From Octopus vulgaris (Eukaryota): a stretch of 64,000 bases of DNA. This document shows, one piece after another, positions 27,347-41,632 of this stretch. The notes below the pieces were generated by a model. The model made no database searches and was not told the DNA's origin. It saw only the letters and a program-made list of their open reading frames with translations. Location of the stretch: contig OX597830.1 in NCBI GenBank assembly GCA_951406725.2, positions 14,260,001 to 14,324,000 on the forward strand. The letters are read 5' to 3'. The stretch's first letter is position 1. Each line of letters opens with the position of its first letter. Position numbers and translations under genes: made by a program.

Positions 27347-28555
27347 CATTATTATTATTATTATCCTTTGGTGTTTGAGAATCTTCATTAGAATATAAAC
27401 ATTCTTTGTTATGTTACTTTGTAATGCTGGAAAACACATATCTAGTTGATATCCTCTTTTAAGCTAATGTTTGGCCCCAGGTCACACAAGGCAGAGCAAA
27501 CAAGCTGAAGGTATTCTAGCCTTGATCGTCCAATTTTTCTATATTTAATTTGCTTCGCACTCCATGTGAAAAGCGTTTGTTGTTTGTCTTTTTTCTATTT
27601 CAACGTTGTTACTACGTAACCTAATAACCGCCTTCTCTATATGTCTGTCATAAAGATTCCTCCCATTCACCAAATGTCAATAAATATATACCTATAGCAT
27701 TATGTGAATGTACAAACTATCCCTCATCTGATGAAACACCTTTCACAGAGCAGTAGTCAAGTACAAGTGGACACTCACGTATGTTCACTTGAAACACAAA
27801 CGTGTGTACACTTCATACAAGATTTAAAAAATAATTATTAACTACGGCAGAAACAGACATATGATCTACTTTGATCCACCAAACAGAAGGACGGAGATAA
27901 TATTGATTTCCGGTCCCAGAATACTAAGTCCGAGCGTTGCTGACATCACACTTCACTTATTTATGTTTTGCTTCAACAACTGGCAGAATATGCTGCGTCC
28001 AAATTCGTGATATTAAGTTGAAACTCTGATATGGAAGGTCGGAGGATAATACATAAAGAAATTCCTCGCAAAAAATAGATTAATCATGGAAGCCATACGA
28101 TACCAAAATAAACACGCAAACAACAAATAGATCAGAAAAGTAACATGTGATTTCTGGCGTGTAAAACCTAGCGGTCAAAGAATTTGACCACAACAAAACA
28201 TATTAACATGTTATTGCTGACGTCGAAATTTTAAGGTAAAAAAAAACCTTTGGCGGAAAAGTCTACATGAATTTGACCGATGTATATGAAGTAATGCAGA
28301 CGCCAAATCTATTTCAAAACTTGAAAATGAAACTGTGAAGCTTTGGAAACGTTGGATTTGAGGAAATTTATTCTTTTAAACCAACTGCAAAAAAAAAACA
28401 CAAAAATATGAAAAAGTCTAGAATGAAAGAAGTAAGCAAAGATGGATTCGAATAGTCTTATCTATAATAAAACACACACACGCACGCACACACAAACTCT
28501 CACACACACATATATACATATATACATATGTATGTATGCATTTATATATTGCATA

Positions 28556-28661
<106 letters not shown>

Positions 28662-28672
28662 GCATACATATG

Positions 28673-28750
<78 letters not shown>

Positions 28751-28807
28751 AATAGATACATTATCTACAATATTATCTCCACATACATAATATATATATA
28801 TATATAT

Positions 28808-28857
<50 letters not shown>

Positions 28858-28875
28858 GCATACATATGTACATAC

Positions 28876-28920
<45 letters not shown>

Positions 28921-31707
28921 CAATGTGTGTGTGTGCGTGCGCATGCTGAAATATTAATGTCAGATTTTATGTTACAAAAAAGTTGATTTAGATGAAATAT
29001 TTGTACGCTCATTTCTTACAAACGGAAATTATGGACGATACTAAAGCCATATTTTAAAATTTTTCTAAAGAGTTTTATTCTATTTTCACAGTACATCTTA
29101 AACTGATAGTTCATAGTACTTACCTAAACGACTGTAGGATCTATCTTTTTTTTTTTTTTTAATATTTCAAGAGGTAGTGTTAGACTACTGAATTCAGTGA
29201 AAAATATTTATTGGAAATACATCTAAATAAAAATATGAGACTTTCGTGAAGCATTTTCATTCGGTGTTATTTGTTTTGAGAGTATTGGATTCAAAAACAT
29301 ACAGTAACAACCACTGACAATACGCGCCAAACTCATCACACACAATAAAAAGACAATTACTCACACGTACAGATTTTTAGGAACATTATTTCAAGATAAA
29401 AGTCGAAGAAATACTCATATTCCTAAATATTATTATTCTACTTGTCGAAATTGGATATAAAACATTACCTACAATATTATCTCCACGAATATATCTAAGT
29501 AGCCTCTTCTAATACATATAACCCATATTTGATTCTATTTGAAATCTAAAATTCCATAGATATGTAAATGTGGGGGGCATATGCTGTAAAAATCTTTATA
29601 ATCATACAATTTGCCTAAATTTTATGATACAAAATTTCTTAGAAATATAATTTTATTGTGTTAGTTGTGAGAGTTCCACCGTTTAATGATATACCTGACG
29701 TTAAAATTGCAACAAAAATCTTTTCGAAACCTCATAGACTTATGTGCAAGAAAACATGCTTTCATACCAAAACTACACTGTAAAATCTAATTTGATATAA
29801 AATAAAATAAAAGTAGTTGAAAAAATATATATATATTTTTGTTGGAAACATGATAATTTTGGAAATATTTCCAATTTTGTGCGGCTTTCATCGCTTCTTA
29901 GGCATAGAAACAAATGCAAAATTTGGATTTACTAGTTGAATAAAGATACTCGTTGTGTATTTGTGTATGTGAAGTTCCCTAAGTAAAATTGCAGCGTCTT
30001 ATAGATAACCCCTTATTATATCTCCGTCTTGCTTATTAGGTGTTCATTAATTGTTGTAGATCAAAGTTTTCTCTCACCGAGTCGTCCTTTAAACTGATGA
30101 CGAAATTACACAGGAGACGCGTGAAAACTCAATAATAGAAATAAAAATAAAACAAAGCAACACTAAATGTAAAAAAAATAAAAAATAAAGCAATAACAAT
30201 AACAAAAAAACTGAATTGTTCAAGTAGTCGTTAGACGAATACAATAACTCTTTTTCTCAACCCATCTTTGAAGAATTTAAAAATTCTTTCAAATTAGAAA
30301 ATCATCGTCGATATTTTTTCCTTCTTTTCTTCAAACTCGTTTCATGTGTTATATCCAAATTAGTAAATTATAAAGTTCTGTTTTTATATTAATATCTTTA
30401 TGAACTTTATGGATGTTCTTCGGTTTATTTTCTCATACCGCACTTGAGTAACTTCTAGTTGTTATATGAAATTTCTTTCCAAGACATTCGTGCAACATAT
30501 ATTATTTGTGAATATGCTTAATGACTGCGTTCTTTATCATACAATTATATGTGAACAAGCCATATTTTCTCCACGTCCACTTTGAAGACCATTATTTACC
30601 ACAATGATTTTATAACAATGAAATTAAATTCCTTTTGTTTCAATATTTCTTTAAGAAACATATAAAATTAAAAATTCATTCGGGAAAGTTTAGATGATAT
30701 CAAACCTGTATCTTTGCCATCACTCCCTGTTATTATTCAATGGTATTATTTACTATTGGCTATCAGTAGGAATTACGAAATACAATAGTCTAATTATGAA
30801 CAAATTAAGTAATAACGTAAATATGCAGTTAACATTATTAAGTTTATTATGAAAGATAAACATTAATACACTAAAGTGACAAGCAATCTTTTAATACACA
30901 ACAAATATTCACAATGTTTAATATAGTTCCGATTTGATACTTGTCGTGTTATTCTAAATATTTTTAAAATGTGGAAAATATATCGGCTCTTTGGAGAAGA
31001 AATATACTTTTGCAATGGAGGTTTCTTGTTTCTAAGCTCTCAAAATATTAATCAACATACTTCAATAATATTTTGTTTAAATGAATGAAAGTATTAAATA
31101 AACAGAGTTCTTGCTTAGAGCGAATAATTTGAAGGCTTTCCAATTGTTTATATAAACATGTTTATTAGTCGGCATCCAAATAATTTTGCATCTCCGCAAC
31201 AGAGAAATAAGTTTTTTCATCCTTTTGCGTTAGCATTTCGTTGGATTCGCGAGTGAGTTAGTAATAATTATGTTGCAACACAAAGCAAGTGTACTGAATG
31301 CATTGTTTCATTATCAAACAATACTCCTCTAAATTCCATTCTGTACAACTCTTATCCTTAACATGTTGGTTTCCATGATTCTATCTTCAGTGAAACACAG
31401 ATTGAAAGTTTTCGGTTTCGATTCTCATTGCTAAATATTTACGCTACGTCGCTAATATCTTTAGGAAAAATAAAAGCGTCATTCTTCTGTTTTAGACTTG
31501 TACAAAATTTATTTTATTTCAAAACATGCTGACGTATCTCTTTAATTCTATGATTTCGGAAGGGGAAATGTATATGTTCACCATTCTCAACAGAATTGGA
31601 ATTCTAAATGACAGTAATATATTCCAACCATGGGTTGAAATTACTTCGCATGTTTATGTTTCCGGGAGCTTGCATACTTCTTTACGATGTTCGGCAACTT
31701 AATATCG

Positions 31708-31871
31708 GTTTCTAATTTTGGCACAAGGCCAGTAATTTTACGGAGTGGGTAAGTCGATACTTCGACCTCAATGCTCAGCTGGTACTTATTTTATCGACCT
31801 CGGCAGAATTTGAAGCCAGGTCGCAAGGTATTTTACTCGGTTCGCTAACGATACTACCATCTCGCCGCCTT
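31708..31871 (-). mobile_element. Internally deleted MetaSINE-like copy
   Basis: Family homology; imperfect TSD ttcggcaa..taatat on both sides. Confidence 0.75.
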
Positions 31872-31906
31872 ATTCGGCAATATAATATTGATTTACCATC
31901 TCCCAT

Positions 31907-32079
31907 CAGTGTTCCGCAAACTTTTTACACTTGCGGTACACTTTTATATTCTTTTTAAAATTCGGCGGCACACCTGAACTAAAAATGTAACCCAATTTAT
32001 AGGAAAAAAATTATATTCAGGTTACACTGCGGTCTCGTGGCATACCATTTTGCGGCAGCATACCGGTTGCGGAGCACTG
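31907..32079. mobile_element. hAT/Charlie-like MITE
   Basis: TIRs CAGTGTTCCGCAA / TTGCGGAGCACTG. Right flank CTCTAGAC is a Charlie-type target; the left TSD is not preserved. Confidence 0.65.
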
Positions 32080-32783
32080 CTCTAGACCAACTCTTTTCCA
32101 AATATCTCCACTTTAATAATATTTCTCTCCTTTAATCTATCTCTCTAAACTATCTTCAGATTAATGTCATTTCGACAACTACACTATATCCTGTTGTAAT
32201 GAATCTTTCTAATAAAAGTGAATGAGCATGAATGCACATAATGAGACACCTCTGATGATTAAGCAGAGTTCAACACAAGACGAAACTGGTTTTTAATAGT
32301 ATGTAGAATCTTTAAGGACAAGTCGCTCAGTAGAAAATTCCTTAGGCATAGAAAGTAACATTTTTGTTTGGTAGCCATAGGTTTGTTAGGAATATAAATA
32401 GATAGGTAGGTAAGCAAGAAGGTGGATAGGTACATTTTTATTTTAGTCGCTGAATTCAAGGTAAGGAAAATTGTTTATGAGCCTTGCTGGACCTTCAAGA
32501 TTAGTGAGATCAACGCGGTTACTGTTCCAGTTAAACTGCTGCAGGTCAACACCAGAATATAAGATGTGAAACGGGAAAACATTCCTGAGAACAGATGATA
32601 TGAGATATGCATGCCAGAGACGGTTGAAAGCTTTCCTTATGTCTTAAGCAATAATATTCCCTTCACCAAGGTTCTTTAGGACAAAATTTCACAGATAATA
32701 TAAAAGAGTAGGTGTCCAGTGAACCTGGCATTGCGGAAGCTTAAATGGTGGCCACTGAGGGAAGAGGGAGAGGCAGAAAGAAT

Positions 32784-32828
<45 letters not shown>

Positions 32829-33419
32829 TGTAACTACGTGTAGTTACGGATCTTGAGACATTGGGGGTTTTCTTGTCATATGGGAGATTGTGAAGAAACA
32901 TACCTAAAAAAATTGCTTCATTCAACCTGTATGTAGATAAAGATTATACCTATGCATTAAATATTTCAAGGTTAAAACAATCAAATTTGTCACAGGTATG
33001 ATTGCAGAAACAAGTGAAAATTGTATCATCGTCACTGTTAAGAGAAATGACACTAATCGCTCAATGACAAAAGTATAATGGCTTCATTACAAATATCGAA
33101 ATTATCCAAATTACAGAAACATTTTCCATTATCTTAAATGGATGAATTATCATACAGACAAACCCAAATTCTCGCAAGCACTGATGGCTTCGTCTATCAG
33201 TTACCTATCACATTGTTTTGTTCTAGTTTTCCACCTACTTTCTCTGGCCATGGTTATGGTAGAGTGACAAACGGAAAATAAGCTTATCCAATGTCAGGAA
33301 TTGAGTGGGCTCCATCGCAGCTTCTTTTACGAGGTCGAACAGGAAAGTCAATTAGGCATCTATCGAGGACAATATTATTTTACTATGGGGAAAAGAAAGT
33401 TTTAATCGATAAATACGCC

Positions 33420-33860
33420 TACTTCCATGCCTTTCCACCCTTAACGAAATCATAAAACATGGTCTAGACGCCGCCGGCTTCCCTTTAGTCAGTGGGGCTA
33501 AACTGTGAGGGGCAGTAAAAGGCCTGACGGTTTGACAGTTTTCGCGTTTCCTGGCAGTAGGCCCCTCATCTTGGATGCCACATGCCGTAACACCTTCTCT
33601 AGCGGTAACTTGGTGTGTTCAGCTACTCCGCCTTTTGTTAGGTCGAGAAAGTCAAACTGACAAAGCATCAATCTCTCCCTCTCTCTGACAGGTTTATGGT
33701 TGAACCTGTGGCAGTGGAGGCCTCCGGCGTTCTTGGTCCCGGACCATATCTCTGCTCATAGCTATCCATAAGTGCTCCCCGTGCGTCAGAGTGGCTGTTC
33801 CAGTGCATTTCTCTTGCCATCCTCCGGGGCAACGCCTTTTCCATTGTATTTGCTGAGACC
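33420..33860 (+). pseudogene. CRE-clade LINE restriction-like endonuclease remnant
   Basis: LNEIIKHGLDAAGFP...KRPDGLTVFAFPGSRPLILDATCRNTFS...VEPVAVEASGVLGP...AILRGNAFSI. Confidence 0.8.
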
Positions 33861-34567
33861 ATAAGGCAGCCTTATTGTTACTCTTTTTACTATATCAGCT
33901 TTCACTAAAAGCTTAATTTAGCTTAATTTCACAAATATTTAAACAACAGTTAATTTCAAAGACATATCCGACAAAACGACCATCAAAAGTGATAATGGTG
34001 CGTGGGCTCACTCGTTATTAAATCAAAGAAGCACTGACAGAGTTCAATAAAACTGTCTTGTAATTTGGCATATTCAAACCGTTCACGACTTAGATAACAC
34101 AAATGAAATAGATTAAGAGAGGATATAGCGGGGGAAAAAAAAGCAAGTCAGGTAGTGTTAAATTGGGATCAGTTGGGGTGAGAATAACATTAGATTAAAG
34201 AACAAATAATAAAGGTTTCATAAGACAAGCGAAAGGATATTGCAATGATGATCCAGGCTTATTGTTTGTGGTGCAGATGTTGGAAGAATATTGATAAGAA
34301 CAACAACAGCAACTGTTGTCATGGTAGATTGGTTATTGTTGCTGTTTAGCGCCAGGCCAGAACTATGAACAAAGGCGTTCCAACTAGAACCAACCATACC
34401 ATCGTGTTTATGAAAAGCTGTATACGGATAAATCGCCCGTTATATCCTACGTTTTTATTTTTTTTAGTATGATGGACCAGAGGGGGTTTTGTTGCTCTTT
34501 CTAGCATATCAGCTTTCAGTTAAATGTACAATCGATGGCAGCAGATAGCAGTGTTGCTGAGAGCTAC

Positions 34568-34629
<62 letters not shown>

Positions 34630-34762
34630 ATGTTGTTGTCGTTGCTGTTGTAGTAGCGGTGCTGGTTATGACAGTAATTAGTGTAACTCAAGTGACGGCA
34701 GTTCTGATTGTGGTAATTGTTTCTGGCTTGAAACAGTGGCGACTAAAACAGCAGTACGAACG

Positions 34763-34798
<36 letters not shown>

Positions 34799-35499
34799 AT
34801 AGTAGTAGTAGTCTTGGCTCTTATTAGTTCAGGGTTCTACGAAGAAGACGATGGTGGTGGTGCTGGAGGGGGTGGTGGTGGAGGAGGCGGCGGCGGCGGG
34901 AGTGATGATGATGCAATGATGGCGGAAGCGGTGGTATTGATGTTGATGTTAATTGCTGTTGTAGTGACGAATGTTTTATGGTTGCGATAATAGTAATTCT
35001 GATGAGGCATAGTTGTTGTTGTTGCTGTTGTTGTTGTTGTTGTTGTTGTTATCCTTTTTTTTCCTTCCCTAGCGGTTGCAAATACGAGAGATAAAAATAC
35101 CAATGGCGGTGGTGTTAGTGGTGTTGGTGGTGGTGGTGGTGGTGGTGGTGGTGAAGGTGGTGGTGGAGGTCGTGATGGTGATGGTAGGTGGGGGGGGGGG
35201 GGGGTGACGAGGTGACAAGGTGACACTGATTAAGGTGACATATTAGCCCTGATGGATTCCACAATAAAGATGCCGCAACAAACAGTATTTTTTTTTCTTC
35301 TTTTTTTTTTTCTCTCCGATGAAAAAGGAAAAAAAAAGATATCCGTAACAATGGAAGCCACAACAAAAGGCAAAAATAACCATCAGCCTTTCACGGCACC
35401 TAATCGTTAGGTGACGGACTTGATTCTCAGCTGCCTTCTTTTAATAGGCCCTGCTGTGGTGTGGTGTGGTGTTGTGTAGGTTTGGCGAGAGGTAGTAAT

Positions 35500-36040
35500 A
35501 TGATGTGTTGGTGGTGGTGGTGGTGGTGGTGGTGATGGTGATAGTCGTGGAGGTGGCAATGGTTGTGGTAGTGTTGATGGTTCTCGTGGTGGAAGTGGTG
35601 GTAGTAGTGGTGGTTATAGTGTTGGTGGCTGTAGTGGTGGCTGTGGTGGTGGTGGTGGTGGTAGTGATGATGATGGTGACGGTGGTGTTGGTGCTGGTGA
35701 CTGTGGTGGTGGTTGTGGTGTTGGTGCTGGTGGCTGTAGTGGTGGTTGTGGTGTTGGTGATGGTGTTGGTGTCTGTAGTGGTGGCTGAGGTGGTGACGTG
35801 GTGGTGGTTGTAGTGATGGTGATGGTGGTGGTGGTGTTGGTGTTGATGACTGTGGTGGTGGTTATTGTGTTGGTGATGGTGTTGATGGCTATAGTGGTGA
35901 CTATGGTGGTGGTTGTGGTGTTGTTTTGGTGGTGGTAGTTGTGGCGGTGTATATGGTCGTGGTGGTGGTAAAGAGTGGTGAGGTATTTGTGAATGTGGTG
36001 TTGTGCCTCAGAGACTGGTGGTGGTGGTGGTGTTGATGTG
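35500..36040. repeat. (GGT)n-rich low-complexity tract
   Basis: Directly visible. Confidence 0.9.
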
Positions 36041-36682
36041 ATAGAGGGTGGTTATTGGCGTGGTAAGTGGTGCAGAAGTTGAGTGGAATGATGAGCAACT
36101 CTGCGTGTGCGTGTTGTAGTAATTAGTGGCTGTAGTGAAGTGGTGTGTGTGTGTTTATTGTAGTATGTGTTGCAGTGTTGAGTGGTGTCAATGGCATAAG
36201 ACAATGTATACTGATATGGTACATCGCATGGTTATAGTGTCCTGTAAAGAAATAGTTTAGTGTAGTCGGTCACGTGTGCAGTGGTTTGCTGTTTACGGAT
36301 GTACGAATGAGTGGAAGGGTTGAAATTGTAGTATGGGTCTGGGGCTCTGTAGATTGGTGTGCTAGTGTAAGGTTGTGTGTGTAGTAGTGTTGTGTAGAAG
36401 CACTGGTGGTGTAATTGTAGTGTACTGCAGTGTTGCGGTGAGGTACACTTAAGGTATAGTTTAGTTCTTGTAATGGCGGATGGTGGCCAAGTGAGATTTC
36501 CTGCGAGTGCGGTAATAAAAGGGGGGCGGAGGGATTGAAATCGAAAAAAAAAGTGAAGGAGTGGGGGGAGAGAAAAGGGGTTGGCGGGGTGTGATTTTTT
36601 TTTTCGTGTATGTTCGTTTAATAGGCTATTGTGTGGCAAAGTATAGTGCAATAAGAAGGTGCAGCACTGCAGTGTGCTAAAC

Positions 36683-37140
<458 letters not shown>

Positions 37141-38287
37141 ACAGAGAGTGAATGAGTGAGAAAGAGAGAGAGAGATAAGAAAAAGAAGAAAAAGAAGAAA
37201 AGCGTATGAGTTTGAAAGAGTTATATTGAGGGATAAAAGTGGTGGCGTCGGGTCTGTGTTTTATATTTTGTGTTCTACTCTTTAATAGGGTGTCGTCTGG
37301 TGGTTGTGAACGGGCGAAGGGAAACTTTGAGTGGGTAGGTGATGGGTGGTAGGGAGTCTAAGAAGAGACAAACGTTGTGTCTGGCCGTACATATTTTCAT
37401 GAATAGGCTATTAAATGTTAATCCTTTAAAGCAATCTGAGCCTTTCTCCCCCTTTTGCTCTTTGCATAAGTCATTCTTTTTCTCTCCTTACTCCCCTCTC
37501 TCTCCTTCTCTTCACCCTCTTATTTTGTTTTCTATCTCTTTCTCTATTCCAGTGGATTCAGATTCTCTCTTCCTCCTCCTCCCCTTCCTTCTTCCCTCTC
37601 CCACTACCAGTCTGTTAATTACTTCTCTTCTTTTTTCTCCTCTATCACTATTTCTTTTTTTCTCTGTCATTGTCAATCTTTATCTATCTCCACACTCCTC
37701 TCACCTCCTTCCTCTCCTATACTTTTTACTCTTTCGGCCTTGGTCTGCCTAATATCTCATTCATTCATCCAACTTTCCATTAATTTTCTTTGCGCGTGCG
37801 CACATACACACACACACCATCACCACCACCACCACCACACAAATATTTCCTCTTCTCTCGCTCTATTTTTCCCCCAGTTCTGTATTTTACTTGCACTCTA
37901 CTACTACTACTACTACTACATTTAAGTTCCGGCCCTTTTTGTTTGTTTTTTCACTCGTTTTTCGTTTGTTTTTATAGCATTCATGTCTTCCTAAATACTA
38001 TTAGAAATGAAACTGAATTGCTAATCTGGGTTCTCATGATGCTGCTTCTGTTTTGACGGGTCTCATCACATCATGATGAAATACTGGAAACAACTAAACA
38101 ATAAATTATTCTTTGCGAAAAGACAGAAAACTTTGTGGGTTGTCTTCATTCCTATGGTCGATGTTTAGCTCCAGTTTATTTCTAAACCAGTAAAAGGTGT
38201 GAATAAAAACCTTTTTAGCCATGGCGATCCAGACTTATTACATCTAAGACTACATCATTTAATAAATCCTTCCTTCTTTTAACGCAC

Positions 38288-38569
38288 TAGATGTGGTCCG
38301 AAGAAGATTTGACTGCTATTTTTTGTAGGTCGACCAATCATAGAGAGGATCTTCTCTTCTAAAGCCTCATCTACTCAAATATACATTACACAATGTGTCC
38401 TTCTATTTTGCAGAAGGTATTATTATTTAGATGTGGTCCGAAGAAGATTTGACTGCTATTTTTTACAGGTCGACCAATCATAGAGAGGATCTTTTCTTCT
38501 AAAGCATCATCTACTCAAGTATCCATTACACAATGTGTCCTTCTATTTTGCAGAAGGTATTATTATTTA
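38288..38569. repeat. 140-bp tandem duplication
   Basis: Units start at 38288 and 38428 (tagatgtggtccgaagaag...) and differ by a few substitutions. Confidence 0.92.
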
Positions 38570-38729
38570 CCGAGATTTTACTGCTATTTCCAGCAGGTCA
38601 GGTGAACACTTCAAGGTTTTGTATGTTTCAGTATAAGAATATCAGTTTAGTAACACAGAAGTATAAGTTTATTATTGCTCGTGTAGTAAACTACGAAGTT
38701 CTTACGTTGTCTCGATTTCCTGTAATTCA

Positions 38730-39372
38730 GACCGTCTTATGGACCCAGCAGGCAAAATGGGAAACGCGTTGCCCCGAAAGGATGGCGAAGGAGACGCGTT
38801 CCAACAGACACTCCGACGCACGGGGCTCGCACTTGCAGATAGCTATCTCCGCTCTGATATCAGTGAGCAGGGATATAGTACGGGAACCGAGAACACCAAC
38901 GGTCTCCCCTGCCACAGATTTGACCGTAAACCTGTCAGAAAGCGACTGATACTTTGACAGCTTGCTTTGCTCAGCATAATGAGCTGCGGAGCCTGGACTG
39001 GTAGCTGAACACATCAAGAAGGTGTTACAGCATGTGGCATCCCAGTTGAAGGGCCTACCGCCACGGAACGGGGGAGATTGTCATATCTATTTCTTTATTG
39101 CCCACAGAGGGCTAAACATAGAGGGGACAAACAAGGACAGTCAAACGGAGTAAGTTGATTATATCGACCCCAGTGTGTAACTGGTACTTATTTAATCGAC
39201 CCCGAAAGGATGAAAGGCAAAGTCGACCTCGGCGGAAGTTGAACTCAGAACGTAGCGACAGACGAAATACTGCTGAGCATTTCGCCCGGCCTGCTAACGT
39301 TTCTGCCAGCTCGCTGCCTTGGAACGGGGGAGATTGTCATATCGTCAGACGTTTTACCGACCCCACTCTGTC
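38730..39372 (-). pseudogene. CRE-clade LINE endonuclease remnant, interrupted by a SINE
   Basis: GRPFNWDATCCNTF...GSAAHYAEQSKLSKYQSLSDRF...GETVGVLG...LERVSFAIL; related to 33420-33860. Confidence 0.8.
39088..39320 (-). mobile_element. Full-length MetaSINE-like SINE with a 23-bp TSD
   Basis: TSD GGAACGGGGGAGATTGTCATATC at 39065-39087 and 39321-39343. Confidence 0.92.
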
Positions 39373-40416
39373 TACGAACAATAAAGCTATACATCTGCTA
39401 AAGTAATACATAATGAACACCCTTGTATGTCGTTGGTACACATTTTACAGAGCCCAGAACTCTCAGCTTGCTGGGAGGCGAACTCCTATTCGACAAAGTA
39501 GATACACCAACAAATAAAAATGCTATGTAAAAAGATGATCTACGTACATGGGTGAAATAACAACAATGAGACTATATCAGCGGGTTTACCTTAAATTATA
39601 ACACGATGGTGATGTATTTCGTGTGTGATATATGGTATTGGAGATGAAAGGCTGTTGATGCAGGTGGAAAGAGAGTCGGTAGATTTGCACCTAATGGAAC
39701 ACTAGCGACATAAAAGGCATTAAAATTCGAATTAAAGTTAGTATTAAGTTAGTTTTCCTTGATAATTAGTCAAACACTCAATTTGACTGGCTCTTAGCTT
39801 ATATCGGATAATTTATGAGTATTTAATATAAGAATAAACCGACGCAGAGAAATATAATATATCTAAAGTAGACGATTGGGAAAACAAATGAAACGTAGTT
39901 ATCGAAATTTGAACGTATTAAAATTGAAAACAAAACTAAGGACGCTGAAGCTGAGGACAACACTCGAACGTGGCCACAGATGTAATGAAGTAAAACAAAT
40001 GAAACATTACGGAAAATTATCAAAGAAATATACGAGTATATTTGCCCAAATATTAACATCAAATTTATTAAAGTTTAAAATGTTTCTTTTGAATGTCTTC
40101 TCCTGAGAGAACTTTTTTTGATCGGAAGAGAAATGCAATTATTTTTCAAACAATTCTTTAAATAACAATCAATCAAAAAGCAATTTTATTAGATAATTTT
40201 AGTGAAACAGGGAAATTATGCAATTAAAAGTAAATAAATTATCGAATAAAACAGAATTAAAATAATGTTTGTGAGTTGTGCTTTAAGAATACGAAACGTG
40301 TTCGTGTGAAATATATGTTGACTAATTATATAGACTGTTAATATGAACGGATATATCAGACTTACCTTTAAGAATTGAAAGATACGGCACATTGGCAATT
40401 AGAACTGATTGAGGCA

Positions 40417-40457
<41 letters not shown>

Positions 40458-41010
40458 GATGATAAAGAGATAAATAAATTACTAATGAATTATAACCCTT
40501 ACAACTCTATGACCCCACTATGCTTCATGCGATTCTAAGAAACTGTGGTCTATTCTTAGCCACTCTGCTACAATAGCGACAACATCAATTTCTTCCATCT
40601 TCTTACTCTGTTAAAATATTTAGGAAAAAGTATATTTGTTAAAAATTTCTATATTCTGTGCAGCTGAAGGTAGCACTGCGTTTAAATTGATGTAATGATT
40701 GCACTGTTCAATTAAATGGATTCGCTTGAAACGGTCGTACAGCATTACCTCTGGATATCCTTGCTGCTTATTTTGATTTTATTCACCTTACTTCGAGCTG
40801 TGCGGATGATACCGGAGTATACATTGTCTGGGAGACTCTTCTTATAGTGGAAGAAATAGCTAAATTTTTTGGCTGCTATTTCTAAAAGTTCGGTATGTGG
40901 TAAAGCAATTTTTTTTTTATGAACACTAATTATATAAAGTAATGTATGTATATATATATATATATAAATGAAAGAAAGGAGTTGAACGACGATTTAACAA
41001 AATTCCTTTA

Positions 41011-41092
41011 TTCTCGACATGTTTCGAAGACTGCATATTCCTAATTTCGAAGGAATAAGGGATGCATTATGCCGCCTTCTCATCAGGAAAGA
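41011..41092 (-). ncRNA. Minimal type-I hammerhead ribozyme motif, canonical core
   Basis: Minus strand: TTTC-CTGATGA-GAAGGCGGCATA...TATGCAGTCTTC-GAAA-CATG-TC-GAGA; GUC cleavage triplet. Confidence 0.78.
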
Positions 41093-41191
41093 CAAGGAAC
41101 TTATGTCAGCATCATGATGAACAAAAACTTTTAGATGACTGCCCACACGGAGTCCATAGCGATAATGAGTGTTTCTTTAAAATATTCCGTT

Positions 41192-41314
41192 TTACTGCCA
41201 TCGCAGGTACTAACACCCACACACACACACACACTCACACACACACACACACTAACATACATATATTCAAACCACACCACAAACACACACCATACGCACG
41301 AACATATTCGGTGA

Positions 41315-41391
<77 letters not shown>

Positions 41392-41632
41392 ATACATACA
41401 TACACCTATCTATCTATGCTCACACACACACACACATATACATATATATATATATTCAAAATTGCTAAAGTGATTCTTGAATCACCGAATATGTTCGTGC
41501 GTGTGGTGTGTGTTTGTGGTGTGGTTTGAATATATATGTGTTAGTGTGTGTGCGTGTGTGTGTGAGTGTGTGTGATGTGTGTGATGTGTGTGAAGTGTGT
41601 GTGGGTGTTAGTACTACCTGCGATGGCAGTAA
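41192..41632. repeat. Long inverted repeat (arms 41192-41318 and 41478-41632), probable PLE terminal inversion
   Basis: ttactgccatcgcaggta...cgcacgaacatattcggtgattca is mirrored by tgaatcaccgaatatgttcgtgcg...tacctgcgatggcagtaa. Confidence 0.85.

Noticed and set aside
34837-35226. Gly/Pro-rich ORFs suggesting a transcription-factor exon
   Set aside because: Made of (GGT/GGC)n repeats, stop-bounded, with no recognisable domain.
38288-38569. CRISPR-like or satellite array
   Set aside because: Only two contiguous units, no spacers, and a eukaryotic context.
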